This document shows, piece by piece, positions 1 through 13,199 of a stretch of DNA of 64,000 bases. Under the pieces are notes generated by a model. It was not told the origin of the DNA and made no database searches. It worked only from the letters and a program-made list of their open reading frames with translations. Every line of letters starts with the position of its first letter. The first letter of the stretch is position 1. The position numbers and the translations under genes were made by a program. The stretch comes from Negaprion brevirostris (lineage: Eukaryota), in NCBI GenBank assembly GCA_030324005.1, contig JARDVH010000160.1, positions 16,836,705 to 16,900,704 on the forward strand, read 5' to 3'.

Positions 1-309
1 AGAGGCCAGTAGCACCAAGTGAGTTACGGCATACAACATGCAGCAGAAAAATACGTTTTCATGAGTGTGGGATCCACCCCACTTCCCTTCTACAACAATA
101 AATTGGAGATGCACTTGAAATAGCACAAGCAAAATGCCACATCGCAATGAAATACCTTTATTCTTAACTGTACAATGGGATCTTTGCAAAAAACATACAA
201 ATGACAAGATCTGAAAATGAGATTGCAACTATAGATTTTCATTAACTTTACTCCCTTATAAAAACCTTTATTTTTAATTATGAATTTTTGTCCTTTTATA
301 ATAAATATA

Positions 310-3243
310 TGGGATGTGGGCATCACTGGCCCCAGCATTTATTGCCAATCTCTAGTTGTTCTTGAGCTGGTGAGCTGCCTTTTTGCACTTCTTCACTCCA
401 CATGTTGTAGGTACACCCACAGTGCTGTTAGAGATGGAGTTCCAGGATTTTGACCCAGTGTGTGAAGAAATGGTGATATATTTCCAAGTTAGGATGGTAA
501 GTGACTTGAAGGGGAACCTCCAAAGTGGTGGTGTCCCCAGGTATCTTCTGCTTTTGTTCTTCTAGATGGTAATGGTCATGGATTAGGAAGCTGCTGCCGA
601 AGGAGCCTTGGTGCGTTCCTACAGTATATTTTGCTGCCACTGTTCGTCAGTGGTGGAGGGATTGAATGCTTATCGAAGGGGACAAATCCTGGATGATGTT
701 GATTTCCTCGAGTGTTGTTGGACTCATCTGGGCAAGTATAGAGTACTCCTGACTTGTGCCTTGTAAATGGTGGACAGGCTTTGGGGAGTCAGGTGGTGAG
801 ATACTCACTGCAGGATTCCTAGCCTCTGACTTGCTCTTGAAGCCACAGTACTTACATGGCTAATCCAACTCAGTTTCTGGCAAATGGTAACCCTCAGGTT
901 GTAGATAATGGGGGATTCAGCGATGGCAATGCTATTGTCTGTCAAGGGATGATGGTTAGATTCTTTCTTGTTGGAGGTGGTCATTGCCTGGCACCTGTGT
1001 GGCACAAGCTGATGAATGGCAATGAGATGATTGACCTCCAAGCACCACAACCATCTTCCTTTGTGCCAGGGATTCCCCTCCCCACTCCGCCAATTCCCAT
1101 TGATTTAGTTTTTCCAGGACTCCTTGATGCCTGTCAAATGCTGCCTTGATGTCAAGAGCAGTCACTCTCACCTCCGTAATTCAGTTCTATGTTTGAACCA
1201 TGGCTGTAATGATGAGCCCTTCCATCAATTAACTGATGATTAAGAGTGGACTAGTGGGGCAGCAATTGTCCAGATTATATTTTTACTACTAAGTGTGTAA
1301 AAGACAAAGCTGGACCGTTTTACAAATTACTGGGTAGATGCCGGTGTTATAGTTGCATTGAGTAGCTTGGTTAGGGTTGCAGCAAATTCTGGAGCACAAG
1401 TCTTCAGGACTATTGCCAGAATATTTCAGGGCCCGTAGATTCTTGTAACCTATGGCCCAACATATCTCCCATTCTATGCAAACAATCAATAAAAGAGATC
1501 AATCCTGATTCAATGATGAGTGTAGAAGGACATGACAGAAGAGGCATTTTTAAAAACAAGGTGTCAACCTTGTGAAGCTATAACACAGGCTACTGCATGC
1601 TGAACAAGTACTACTACAACACTGGCATCCACCTGATAATGTGGAAGATTGTCCGGGTATGCCCTGTACAGTATCCATTGTCTTAAGCCATTCCTTGCTG
1701 TCACATTGAGTGAATCAAATTGGAAGAAAACTGACATCTGTGATGCTGGGGATCCCCAGAAGCAGCAGAAATGGGTCATCCACTCAACCTTTGTGGAGTC
1801 TCATTTTCCAGTTTAACTGTCCAAAGCCATTCATGATTGGATGTGGCAGGACTGCAAAGCTGATCTGTTGGTTATGGAATTGCTTAATTCTATTATTCGT
1901 TGCTCACACTGTTTGGTATGCAAGTAGCCCTGTGCTGTATCTTCACAAAGTCGACACCTAATTTTTAGACATGCTTGGTGTTGCTTCTGGAATGCCTTCC
2001 TACAATCTTCATTGGATCAGTGTTGAGCCCCTAGCTTCGTGCTAATGGCAGAGTGGGAGATGTGTCAGGCATGAAGTTACAGATTGTGGTTGTATACAAT
2101 TGTGCTGCTGCTGATGGTCCACAGTGCTTCAGCGATGCCCACATTTGAGTTGCTATATGTGTTCAAGGTCTATCCCATCTGGCACGTTGGAAGTGTCACA
2201 CAAGATGGAAATTATCCTCAATGAGAAGACAGGACTTTGACTCCATGAGGCCTGTGTGGTGGACATTCCTACCAACACCAGCACGGACAGATGCATCTGC
2301 AGTAGGCAGGCTGAGATCAAGTATGTATTCCCTTCTTGTCAGTTTGCCTCACCTCACTGAAGATCCATTTTATTTCCTTTGAATCCAGACAGTTAGCTTG
2401 GTGTGAGGAATACTACTGAACCACTCACTGGTGGACATTCAAGTCCCCTACCCAGAGCACATTCTGCACCATTGCCACCCTCAGTGCTTCCTTCAAATGG
2501 TATTCAACATGAATGAGTACTGATTCATCAACTGAGGGCAGATAGTACATTACAATCAGTTCCCTTGCCCATGCTTGACCTGGTGCCATGAGGCAACATG
2601 GGGTCCAGAGTTGATGAGTGCTCCCAAGCTAACTCCGTCCTGACTGTATACCATAGTACCACCACCTCACTGGATCTGTCCTGCCAGTGGGACAGGACAT
2701 GCTCAGGAATGGTGATGGTGCCGTCTGGGAAATTATCTGTAAGATACGATTCTGTGACAAGGATTGTGTCAGGCTACTGCTGGACTAGTTGATGAGACAG
2801 CTATCTTGGCACACGACCCCCCCCAGGAAAAGGACTTTGCAAGGTCAACGGGGCCAGGTTTGCCATTGTCATTTCCAATGCCTAAGTCAATGCTGGGTAG
2901 TTCGTCTATTTTCATTCCTTTTTGTTGTCTTCCTAGCAGTTGGATATAACTTGCTAGATAATTTCAGAGGCATGTTAAAGTAAATCATATTACTGTGGGT
3001 CTGGAATCCCACGTAGGCTAGGCAAGGATGAAGGTTTCCTTCCCTGAAAGACGTTCATGAACAAGATGGGTTTTTATGGCAATCAACAATTGTTTCATGG
3101 TTATCATTAAACTTTTAATTCTAGATATTTATTGATTTCAAATTCCACCCCTGCTGTGGTGAGATTCAAACCCATGTCCCTACAGCATGACCTGAGTCTC
3201 TGGATTACTAGCCCTGCAACAATAACACTGCGCCACCACCTCC
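310..3243 (-). mobile_element. Decayed, internally deleted non-LTR retrotransposon (CR1/Jockey-group, 'family B') with APE endonuclease, RT and a tRNA-like 5' head
   Basis: Minus-strand translations give EN motifs (PDTILVTESYLTDNFPD at ~2720-2775; QNVLWVGDLNVH at ~2430-2465) and RT-region motifs (RVTALDIKAAFDR at ~1135-1171; CQKLSWISHVSTVASRASQRLGIL at ~810-885). The 3' tail GGCAATAAATGCTGG...CCCACATCCC is at ~310-345. Many stops and frameshifts. Confidence 0.85.
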
Positions 3244-4785
3244 AACAATGCATGCATGTCACTCCCAACACTCCTGATCAGATGGAGTATAAAAAAAGAC
3301 TAAATTTTCCAATCAATGCTTTTTCAACTCCAACTTCTGTTTCCCGTTTTGAGTTTGATAGTCTGTGGTAAATTGCATGCTATTTTGAGTTACGGACCCT
3401 TCACTGTTAGGAAATAGATTAAGATTATGCAATGTTTTTTCCTTCACTTCTTCTTCATTGAGTTTGAATTCAGAGTCCAATTGTGAAAGGTTATTGTGTT
3501 ATTTGGTGGCCAATAACCATTTCTTATAAAAAACTTAAAGATTCATATTTTTACTACGTTCTTTTATTCTTATATATGATTTTGTGAGCCTTCCAAAACC
3601 TACTTTCTTCTCATTCAGTAGAATCACTCAGTTAGTTGAGATACAAATGTGTTGATAGTATTGCAGAATAACACTGGTTGCTCAATGAGCAGGAACAGTA
3701 ACCATTAGCAGATGACAAAGATAATATGATGGGAATAAGCATCAACGGTGACTTTTTAAAAAAATGTTAGATAACTTATTTGAAATTCAGTTTCAGTTTA
3801 CAAACTGACAGTGAAACTGCTCTGCATGATAAAAAAAATCCCTGACAGAAAGTTTTCTTATCTTGAAAAAGGAAGCAAGTCATTAAATATTAAGGGAAGC
3901 ATATCAAACAATCAGTAGTTTGAAACATTAAATGCACTTCACTGATATTTTAGTATGCATGCATGACTAAATTAAAAAGCGACTAAATCTAGATATACAT
4001 GTAAGATGTTTTTCATTTCACTATATTGACATGGAATTATAAATGAACATCAAATCGAAGTTTCATAGGAGATGTAAAGGTGTTGACACGTTTTGGACAG
4101 TCTCAATTAGCTATACTGATTGATTTATCAATATGAACATTTTCGAGGTCATATTAATGGTGATGGGATTAGCTCTTTCAAACAGCTGGCCCAGGCATGA
4201 TAGCTCAAATGACCTCTCTGGAGCTGTAAGATGTGATTATTGTAAAGAACACAAATTATATTTTAGTGGGAACTCAGAAATAAGCATTTTACTTTCATAC
4301 ACTGTCAACTGGCTGTTCAAGCACAAAAATTGTAAGCACCATCACCAATCTGACATTTTCATGTCAAACAGGTAAGCTTTATTCTCACTCCCAAATAATA
4401 GATGGTGTCACAACGCTGTCATCAAATTAATTGGTACCAACAGAGCCTCACTTTATTTTTTTGAAATGAGAAATACTTCAAGGAAACCATTCTTTGTTAT
4501 TATTCCAAGAAGTTGCCAGTTTCCTTTGCTTTTCTCCCTCTTTAATCTCATTATTATTAAGACAGTAATGATGGAATTTCAAAAGTAGACTATTGCATTA
4601 CCATTTAAGCTTTTCAGCCCATCTTCTCACTTGTCAGGCAGATTAAAAACATGTGATATTATAAATTGTTTCAAAGAAGAAAAATAATGTTCATTTACAT
4701 GCCAAGCTATGAAAAGTACATTATTAACTAAAATTTATTTTCTTTCTATTGCTGTTATTTTACTAAGGAATGAGCTTCCAAATAG

Positions 4786-4925
4786 TAGCATAGTGGTTAT
4801 ACTACTGGATGAGGCACCTGGATGAATGATAGAGGCACAATTTCAAATCTCATTGTGGAAGCTGGGGAACTTAAATTCAGTTCATCTTTAGCTGTTCAGT
4901 CAATGACCATCAGAAGATCAAAAAT
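4786..4925 (+). mobile_element. Old tRNA-derived SINE/LINE head fragment related to the head at 3030-3243
   Basis: GTAGCATAGTGGTTATACTACTGGA...TTCAAATCTCA...GGGGAACTTAAATTCA parallels the reverse complement of 3130-3243. Confidence 0.5.
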
Positions 4926-4974
4926 TAGGATGTCACTGCTGATTGCAAAGTCTTCAGTTCCAATAACAAGGAAA

Positions 4975-5175
4975 ACTATATGCATTTATATAGTATCTTT
5001 AACATACTAAAATGTTCCAAGGTGCCTCATGGAGACATTATAGTCACACAAAGAAATATTAGAACAAGACCACCAAAAATTCTGTCAATGAAGTGGATTT
5101 AAGGAGTAAGGATAAAAGAGGCAGATAGACTTTGAGATTAAATTCCAGAGCTAGGCAGATGAAGGCATGGCCAGA
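4975..5175 (-). mobile_element. L2 LINE 3' end fragment
   Basis: Starts with TGCATTTATATAG and continues with AAATTCCAGAGCTAGGC, typical of a reverse-oriented L2 tail. Confidence 0.5.
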
Positions 5176-5189
5176 ATTCTTCAAATAAC

Positions 5190-6403
5190 GAAGCAGTCCA
5201 TGCTGGTATGCAGCAAAACTTGGACAACTTTCAGGCCTGAGCTGAAAAGTGGCAAGTAACATTTGTATACCGCAAGTGCAGGAAAGGATAATCTATCAAC
5301 AAGGGAAGGTCTGACCACGTCCGCATGACATTCAACATCATTATCATCATTGAATCCCTATCAATGTCCTGGGGTCACCACTGACCAGGAACTTAACTAG
5401 ACCAACCACATAAATACTATGGCTACAAGAGCAAAGGCTAGCAATTTTGCTGCAACTAATTCACTTCCTGTCTCCCAATCTACTACCATCAAAAAGCACA
5501 GGTCAGAAATGTGAAGGAAAACTCTCCACTTGTCTGGATGGGTGCAGCACCAATAACACTCAAAATGCTTGACATCATCCAGGAAAAAGTAGCTTCCTTG
5601 ACTGCCACTCAGCCACCACTTTGAGTACTCACTCCCTCCACTACATGCAAGCATACCATCCATCACAGGCCAATCCAATCTACATGTGTGCACACGTGTG
5701 TACATTTCCATTTTTTTCTCAGACACAGGACCAAAGGAGCAAATTTCAGAAGGATACAGTTAGCATATCATTAAATGTGAATTTCAAAAAAGTTAAGTAT
5801 GAAGAGAAACAACTTACTGAGCAGAAATAGAGCAACATTGGAACAATAACTTTATAATTTAAAAATTGGTTCCCATTGGAATATGAGACGGTCAGATGCA
5901 CATACTCTCTTTCTCTCTCTCTCAAACATACCCTGACAGTGAGTGTCTTTGTCCCTCCCCTCACCAAGGTTGTCAGCCAGCATCTTCCCAAACTCCAGGT
6001 TTTGCAGCCTCTCTCTTTCCCTGGGCCCCAATACTACCTTCTCTCTTAGCACTCAACATACTCACCATCATCTGTGTTCTATGAATCGCCAATCAGAGAC
6101 TGCTTCTCTCCCAGCAAACATACCCTTCTAACCGTCATTTTGAATAGTGGCTCTGGTGGCCATGTAGAATGGCTTCTGGGTCCACAATCCAACCCACATG
6201 CTGTGGTTGGACGAGCCTGATCTGCAAGATACACTGCAGCAACTTGACGAAATATCTTTGGGAGCTCCTCCAAAAGCAATTACTTCCTGGAAGGACATGC
6301 ATTAGAATACCAGCATCTCCGAGTTTCTCACCAGCCTGGCTTTGAAATATACTGCTGTTCCTTCATTGTTGCTGGGTCAAAATTGTGGAATTCTCTCCCA
6401 ACA
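5190..6403 (+). mobile_element. Family B LINE 3' fragments (~5190-5670 and ~6200-6403), interrupted by unrelated sequence
   Basis: AAGTGGCAAGTAACATT (KWQVTF), CCTGGGGTCACCACTGACCAG (LGVT-DQ) and CTTGACATCATCCAGG match the reverse complement of the 310-1170 element. Confidence 0.7.
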
Positions 6404-7419
6404 GAGACCCGTCACCAACTTAGTCCGTAAAAAGGAAAGTCCCACCCATAGAAACCTCAGATTCAGGAGCGTGAAGAGCGGGATGCAAATTCTGATGTTC
6501 CTACTCCCCCAAAATATCCACATTAGATCTATCCTAAGTATCAAAATCTCTGTTAAATTCTCACAAGTAAAGAAAGAAATTACTGTGGCCAACCTTAGCA
6601 ACAAGAAAATATCTGTAAAAGAAAATGCAAGCCCCATGGTATTAAGACTTTTTCTAAACAAATTGCAGCCTCTCAATCCCTTTGGGTACTATTTTCTGTC
6701 TAAAATAAATTTGCGCTCTTAGTTTTATTCACTATGTTTATTTGACTCATCCTTTCTGTTCTTAGATATTAGGAATGCCACAGGGGCTCTATTATAACAC
6801 AATGCTGCTTCAGATACAAATGAGACCCATTTTCCAAGCTTATCAGAAGTAATGTGGTTCATTAATTTTATAATATCAACAGTGAAGCCTGAAGTTTTAC
6901 ATCCTTGCCAACGGATTTTAAAGAAAGCTAAGAATTTCCTTTGACTCCCAGTCTAATTTATGTATCTATATTCATAAGATATCCTTTACCAAACCATTTA
7001 CAATAGCCACAATAATCAACATTGTAGCTGCCAAAATACTTAACATCTGCATCAAGGTTGGAGTCATTGGTTCAAAACTTCATCTGTAGGTTATCCAGAG
7101 ACAGGAAGGTTTGTTCTCAGGCCTCCACCTCACCAGCCAAAAAGGTGTCATTTTAAATGGCATATTTTCACACAAGAATCGCTAACCCACCCACCTTCCT
7201 TCTGAGTGCCCTCCCTAGCCTGCCTTGCATTCCGGAAAAACTCACCCTCAAGATATTTACAATAGCACTTCCAAACTCCTAACCATACAGTCCTTCACAT
7301 TTCTGCAGCTAGCATTGTGTGCAATCAAAGCTTTACCTCCACCTTTGATACCCTTGTTCCCATTAAAATGATTATGCTCTCTTACCCTGGTCTTTCCCTC
7401 ATCAGAGGCCTCAGCTCTG

Positions 7420-9060
7420 TTTGTTCAAGTCCAAGGGACATAAACTTAAATATTTATGGTGGACAAGATGTTTAGTCATTCACCCTCTGTTTTGGCTGGA
7501 CCACGTAAAGCTCAATCAGGTCCTGCTCACTATTCCAGAATCACCAGGCAATGCAAAGATAACCCACAATTTTCTCTTCTCTATGATAAACTACCATCTT
7601 AAAACCTTCTCCTTTGCCCCTTCACCTCCAAAATGTGTTAAGCTCTCAAACTTCTTTATCACTAAGACTGAGACCAGACTCAAAGCTGCCTCTGCCTTTT
7701 CCCACCCTTCCCTTAGCTCAAGTCAAATCTTCTCTAAGGTTTCCTCATGTCCTAAACTTGTATCTTCCTCTTATTTCTTAGCCATCCTCCAGAAAGCCCC
7801 CTCTCAGTTCACCTTCTGCTTTCGGCCCTATTTCTCTACAAGCTGCTGATCACTAAACTTCTCTTCTTGTCCACACGCTGGCTTACATTATTAATGGTTC
7901 CTTAACCTCAAGTACTTCCTCCTCACCTTCAAATCTATTATTACCACCAACAATCCAATTCCCAGATGGATTAATGAAGTGCTTCTGTGCAGCTGTGTAT
8001 ATGCTGTAGTTTAAAGGGGTCAAATTATACATATATGCAAGTTTCAGGTTGGTGCATGACCCACAGCTTGAAAGTAACATTGATCACTTTCCTCTCAGAA
8101 AAGAGAAGACTTGACTGCTCTATCCTTGTAAACTATTGTCCCTTTCTCCAACCTCCCTTTCCTCACCAACGTCCTTGTTTTCTGTCTCTCAAATGCTCAT
8201 CTTTCCTGCAACCGCGTGTCTAGATTCCTCAAATGCTAAAAAAGCTCTCAAGGTGGTCAAAAGACATCCTGTGCCCCTGTGAATGATAGACGATCCTTCA
8301 TTATCCTTTTTAACCCGTATACAGCTTTTGACAGAATGGACTGCACCATCCTCCTCCAAAACATCTTTTCCATCATTCAGCTGAATATGACTGCCCATGT
8401 CTGATTCCATTCTTATTAATATCACAGCAAGAGATCATCTGCAGTAACTTTTGTTTATACTCTTGTACAGTTACCTCTGAAATCCCTCAGGGATCTATCC
8501 TTGGCCCTTTGTTATGTCATCTCCATACTGTCCCCTCAGCATCAGGATTTGAAACACAATATAATTCCATATATAGGCAAACAAAACCCAGCTCCATCTC
8601 AGCAACATTTCTCTCAATCTCTCTACTAGCCCTGGTTTTATACATGGCTTGTCTGACATTCTGTAGTGGATAGGCAGAAGTTTCTCCCAACTAAATACTA
8701 AAACAACAGTCCTTGTTCCACACCTCACCCATCGACACTGCCTTCTCATACTTAGACTGAAACAGACTGTTCACAATCTTGACATGCCATTTGACCCAGA
8801 GATGAGCTTCCAATCCCACATCTGCACCCTCACCAAGACAGGCCACTTCCACATCTGAAAGATGCCTCACTCTACGTCAGCCTCAGCTCGTCCCCATCCA
8901 ATCCATCCTTATTTCTAGGCTTGACAGTTCCAATGTTCTCTTGGTTAGCCTTCCCTTGTACTGTCATCAGCTGAAACTCATTTAGCTGCCCACATCCTAA
9001 CTCACACCAACTGCAAAACCCATGTGTTTGCTGACCTATATTGAATCCCATCTGGCAACA
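7420..9060 (+). mobile_element. Decayed L2 LINE reverse transcriptase region
   Basis: AACTATTGTCCC...TCCAACCTCCCTTTCCTC (NYRP-SNLPFL-like), ACAGCTTTTGAC (AFD), CCTCAGGGATCTATCCTTGGCCCT (PQGSILGP) and a decayed YADDTQLY region at ~8570-8597; C/T-rich as in L2. Confidence 0.8.
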
Positions 9061-9074
9061 GCTTGAGTATGAGT

Positions 9075-9401
9075 ATGAGAATGAGGATTTGGAAAGTGTA
9101 CAGAAAAGATTTACCAGGATGTTGCCTGGTATGGAAGGCGTTAGCTATGAGGAGCGATTGAAGAAACATGGTTTGTTCTCACTGGAACGACAGAGGTTCA
9201 GGGCGATCTGACAGGAGTCTACAAGNNNNNNNNNNNNNNNNNNNNNNNNNNNNNNNNNNNNNNNNNNNNNNNNNNNNNNNNNNNNNNNNNNNNNNNNNNN
9301 NNNNNNNNNNNNNNNNNNNNNNNNNCTTATTGAATGGCGGGGCAGGCTCGAAGGGCTGGATGGCCTACTCCTGCTCCTATTTCTTATGTTCTTATGTTCT
9401 T
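9075..9401 (+). mobile_element. CR1 (HER1-like) LINE 3' fragment spanning a gap
   Basis: LESVQKRFTRMLPG-like coding sequence, then the tail TGGCCTACTCCTGCTCCTATTTCTTATGTTCTTATGTTCTT. Confidence 0.85.
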
Positions 9402-10605
9402 AAGCAAATCACCTATGTGCTCCACACAAAAATAATAGATTGAACATTGTTTGGAATATGCAAGTCAGGGGTTTATAAATTGTGCGTTATTAAAATGTAT
9501 CACAACAAACACAGATGGATAAGACGGTTCGGCAACCTAAAGTTATTACCAGTTTCACATAGCCTCAGGGCTATTAACAATGCAACTGCTTTCTGCCTTG
9601 AGGAATCTGCTAAGAATTATCAGCAAAACAGAAGTGTCACTATAAATGCAACCATATTAAAGAATGTGAAGTGTTTTTAACCAGCCATAGCTTTGTAGTG
9701 AGAAAAGGAAACAAGACAGGACTCTTATCTCCAAGCTGCTCATTAACACAAGCTACAATCCCCTTTCATTTGACAGCATGTGGCTTTAGATCACCACCAC
9801 AGGTATGATTTCTTGCAGAATCATTCCTTGTGCCAACGTAGGACACTTCTCATATTTCTTCCATAGATTTGCAACTATTTCTACAGTTCAGCAGTGTATC
9901 ATAAAATGTAGTGCTTTGAGTTTTTTTTTACTCAAAACTTCCCTAATTATACCAAAGCTTGCTTCTAATATGGCCTCTGCCGAACCTAAGCCAGAAGAAA
10001 ATAAAAATGTACGTACTTTCAGTCAGGACAAATATATGTAACAACTGAACTTGACAGCTTGATCTGGAACAGGGTACAGAGTCCAGAAGGAATGCATTAA
10101 GACCAGGTGAGAGATATGATATGTTGTCATAACTCAAAAATTGGATAAACCACAAATAAGTTACAGGTCGAGATCCTTCCATAAGTGATGATAAATCATA
10201 TGAGTTATTTTCTCAAATATTGCATTTGTACACAATTCATTTTTGATGTTTGCAAAGCTAAAAAGGTAAACAACATAAATAACTTATTTTAGAACAGGTC
10301 TTTATCTCCCACATACAGAATACAGGATTTTCACAATTATGCAGTCTGCTTATGCTTTGATCACACTTTGCTTATATATTTCTGGCACTGCTGGTATATG
10401 TATCTCTCTTTGCTATTAGTCAAATTTTATTTTGCTTATTGACACCCTTTAAGATGTCTACATTTGGTATTTTCTCAGGTTCATCATTAGTTACGCCTAT
10501 TCCACATTCCAATTATCCAGGGTGCCCTATTTGCTGCATAGCATATGCAGCTTACTTTTTTTGTTAAGTTCTTTCATGGGATGTGGGTATCTCATTTAGC
10601 TGCAT

Positions 10606-10931
10606 TTAAGAACATAAGAAATAGGAGCAGGAGTAGGCCATCTAGCCCCTTGAGCCTGTCCCGCCATTCAATAAGATCATGGCNNNNNNNNNNNNNNNNN
10701 NNNNNNNNNNNNNNNNNNNNNNNNNNNNNNNNNNNNNNNNNNNNNNNNNNNNNNNNNNNNNNNNNNNNNNNNNNNNNNNNNNNTCCACTAGTCACCAACC
10801 GCCAATCCGAATAGCACCCATTGACCCCCACTCTCTGCCTCCTATTTGACAGCCAATCCCTTATCCACGCTAACACCCTACCCCCAACTCCATGCCCCCT
10901 GACCTTCCGTAATCACCTCTTGTGAGGCACC
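10606..10931 (-). mobile_element. CR1 LINE fragment (tail plus RT piece, separated by a gap)
   Basis: ORF 10592..10876 LAWIRDWLSNRRQRVGVNGCYSDWRLVTSG; reverse tail AAGAACATAAGAAATAGGAGCAGGAGTAGGCC. Confidence 0.9.
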
Positions 10932-13063
10932 TCAAGATTTATTGCCCATCCCTAATTGCCCTTGAACTGGTGACTTGCTAGGCCATCCTTCATTCTTTTA
11001 TCCCATGGTAATTTTAAAAAACTATTTTTTTTGTTTTTACTAGTGGTACACATCCACACATTACCTTGAGACTGGTGCATGTAACAAAATTCATCCCACA
11101 CATGGACACAAAAAAGAGGGAACTTGGATTATAACTGTGACAACTAAAAACTAAGCATTTATTATGCGTCTTAACATTCCAAACTGCTTCACAAAGGTGA
11201 AAATAACCAGACCAACAGTTGTGACAAAATAATTAAGGGTGATGATCAAAGGACAGAAGGCATATGAATAAAATATATAGAAAATGTGAAGATATAATAG
11301 GAAATTTACTCTTCAATCCCAAATAAATATCTAGTATGAAAATGTAATTGAAATGCACTGCTTCCTAATTTTAGTATATGCTGACAAGCCCAGGTGACTA
11401 ATTGTTTTAATAATACATTTTGTGGAATATTTTGAAATTTCTTCAGATCGTATCTACCATGAGCTAAACAGTAACAAATGAAGAGAATACTTAACATGCC
11501 TTCTTTCAAAGTAAAGAAAGAAATCATGATGTTAACCATTATCAAGCTTGGAATTCTCGTAGTTCAGTATCATATTTGCATGTTCAATAGTTGAGCTACA
11601 TCTTGTAACTATTTTCTGTCGAATATACCAACTTAAACTATTTGTAGGTGAAATTTCTGTCTACCGTGTGCATCCTCAGCTATCCCTGGTCCCTTCAACA
11701 TTCTCAACCTACTTCTACTAGACTTTCGCCTCCCTTTCAGAAATCTCTATTGATTTTCCTGTTTTAACATGACATTATAGAATTCTCCCCATTCCTCTTT
11801 TAACATCATTCATGTCTTAAAACTTCTTTTCCATCACATCAAGTCCAAGTCACTTTGTTTTCCATCAATTTCTCCTGCTTCCATACTATTCCCTTTGCAC
11901 AATGATATACCTTTATTATTGAAACAGTAAGTAGCTTAGCCACTTCACCCCACTTTCAACAATATATAATAGCTGTTTGTTGTCAAGTTAAATGTTTGCT
12001 TCTCCCATTACTGGCTTTATTAAAGTTTCCTCCTGTCATTCACCTCCAACCACAGCAAAATATAGTTTCTATTCCATTTTAAAACCTCAAACATAAAACT
12101 CACACAATAGGCAGTACAAATTTAGTGATCAATGTTTATCTCAAAATATGACATCAAATGCTTGTTTCTATGTCCAGAGGCACAGAACACAAAAACAAAA
12201 TGCACAAGATCTTAAGAAGGTTACAGCTGGTATTTCATTGAGCAGCAAGCCAATAAATTGTTAGAATAGTCTTGAACTGGGCAACAATGAACTCTTGGGA
12301 TGGATAACAGAATACTAATCTCACTAATAGAATTCATGACGCAACATAACGCTAAGATCAACCAAGACTAAACATCTGAATGCTAAGTTGCAACCACTAT
12401 GCAGGGAGCGCCCCTGGATCCACAACAGTACCAGAATATCCTTTTTATCAGCAATAGTTTTCATGATGACACCAGCAACAGGAGAAGCTCCTGCACTTCA
12501 TGTCTGGCAACACTGCCAATGAAGGACTTGATGTTTACTGCGTACTGATGGCTAGCTTGATTGAGTGATTACACAGAATGAATTTCATATAAAGAATGAG
12601 GAAGTTACAGTGAGCCTGTATTTTTAAGTACAAATGGAAAAGTCAAATTGTAATACATAAAAAAGTATTTCAAGACATCAGTCAAGAAGAAAGTAAGATA
12701 TTTATCTGCAACTTCCTCAGAATGGCAATCTGATACTGATGGGCACAGAGTGGCAATCTACCTATGCCAAATGTCTTCTGTGCCTGTCTTCTCGACCTTC
12801 TGATTCAGGCTGAGAGAGATACAGGCAGCACTGCTGTCTCTGAGCTCCAGTGTTGCAGTCCAACAGAGTTGGATTGAGAATAACAGGACATAAACCAGGT
12901 GAGTTTAAAGTTCCCAGTGAAAATCACTGGCCAGGGAGAAGGGAAGTGCCTAATAAAAATGTATAGGATTTGGGGGAGTGGAGGAAAATCATAGGTCGAG
13001 GTTGGCGTGGGTTGGATATCTGGGTAGGGTTGGGTATCCAGTTATCAGGGAAGGGCAGGTGAG

Positions 13064-13196
13064 TCACAACTGACGAAGGGGCAGTGCTTCGCAAGCCAGT
13101 GGATTTTGCGACCAAAAAATTCTGTTGGACTTTAACCTGGTGTTGTGAGACTTCTTACTGTGTGTACCCCAGTCCAACGTCGGCATCTCTACATCA
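13064..13196 (+). mobile_element. Penelope-like element terminus with degenerate hammerhead motif
   Basis: CTGACGAAGGGGCAGTGCTTCGCAAG...GGACTTTAACCTGGTGTTGTGAGACTTCTTACTGTG...CCCCAGTCCAACG; the same terminus occurs at 13883, 39554 and 59942. Confidence 0.65.
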
Positions 13197-13199
13197 AGC

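Noticed and set aside
3310-3500. ~60-codon minus-strand open frame (NLSQLDSEFKLNEEEVKEK...)
   Set aside because: An in-frame stop lies just upstream, there is no matching acceptor, and this length is expected by chance.
6342-6722. 126-aa ORF with an overlapping antisense ORF
   Set aside because: It starts in a LINE fragment and crosses unrelated sequence; no homology recognised.
7421-7849. 142-aa ORF
   Set aside because: It lies in decayed, C/T-rich L2 sequence and is not an independent gene.
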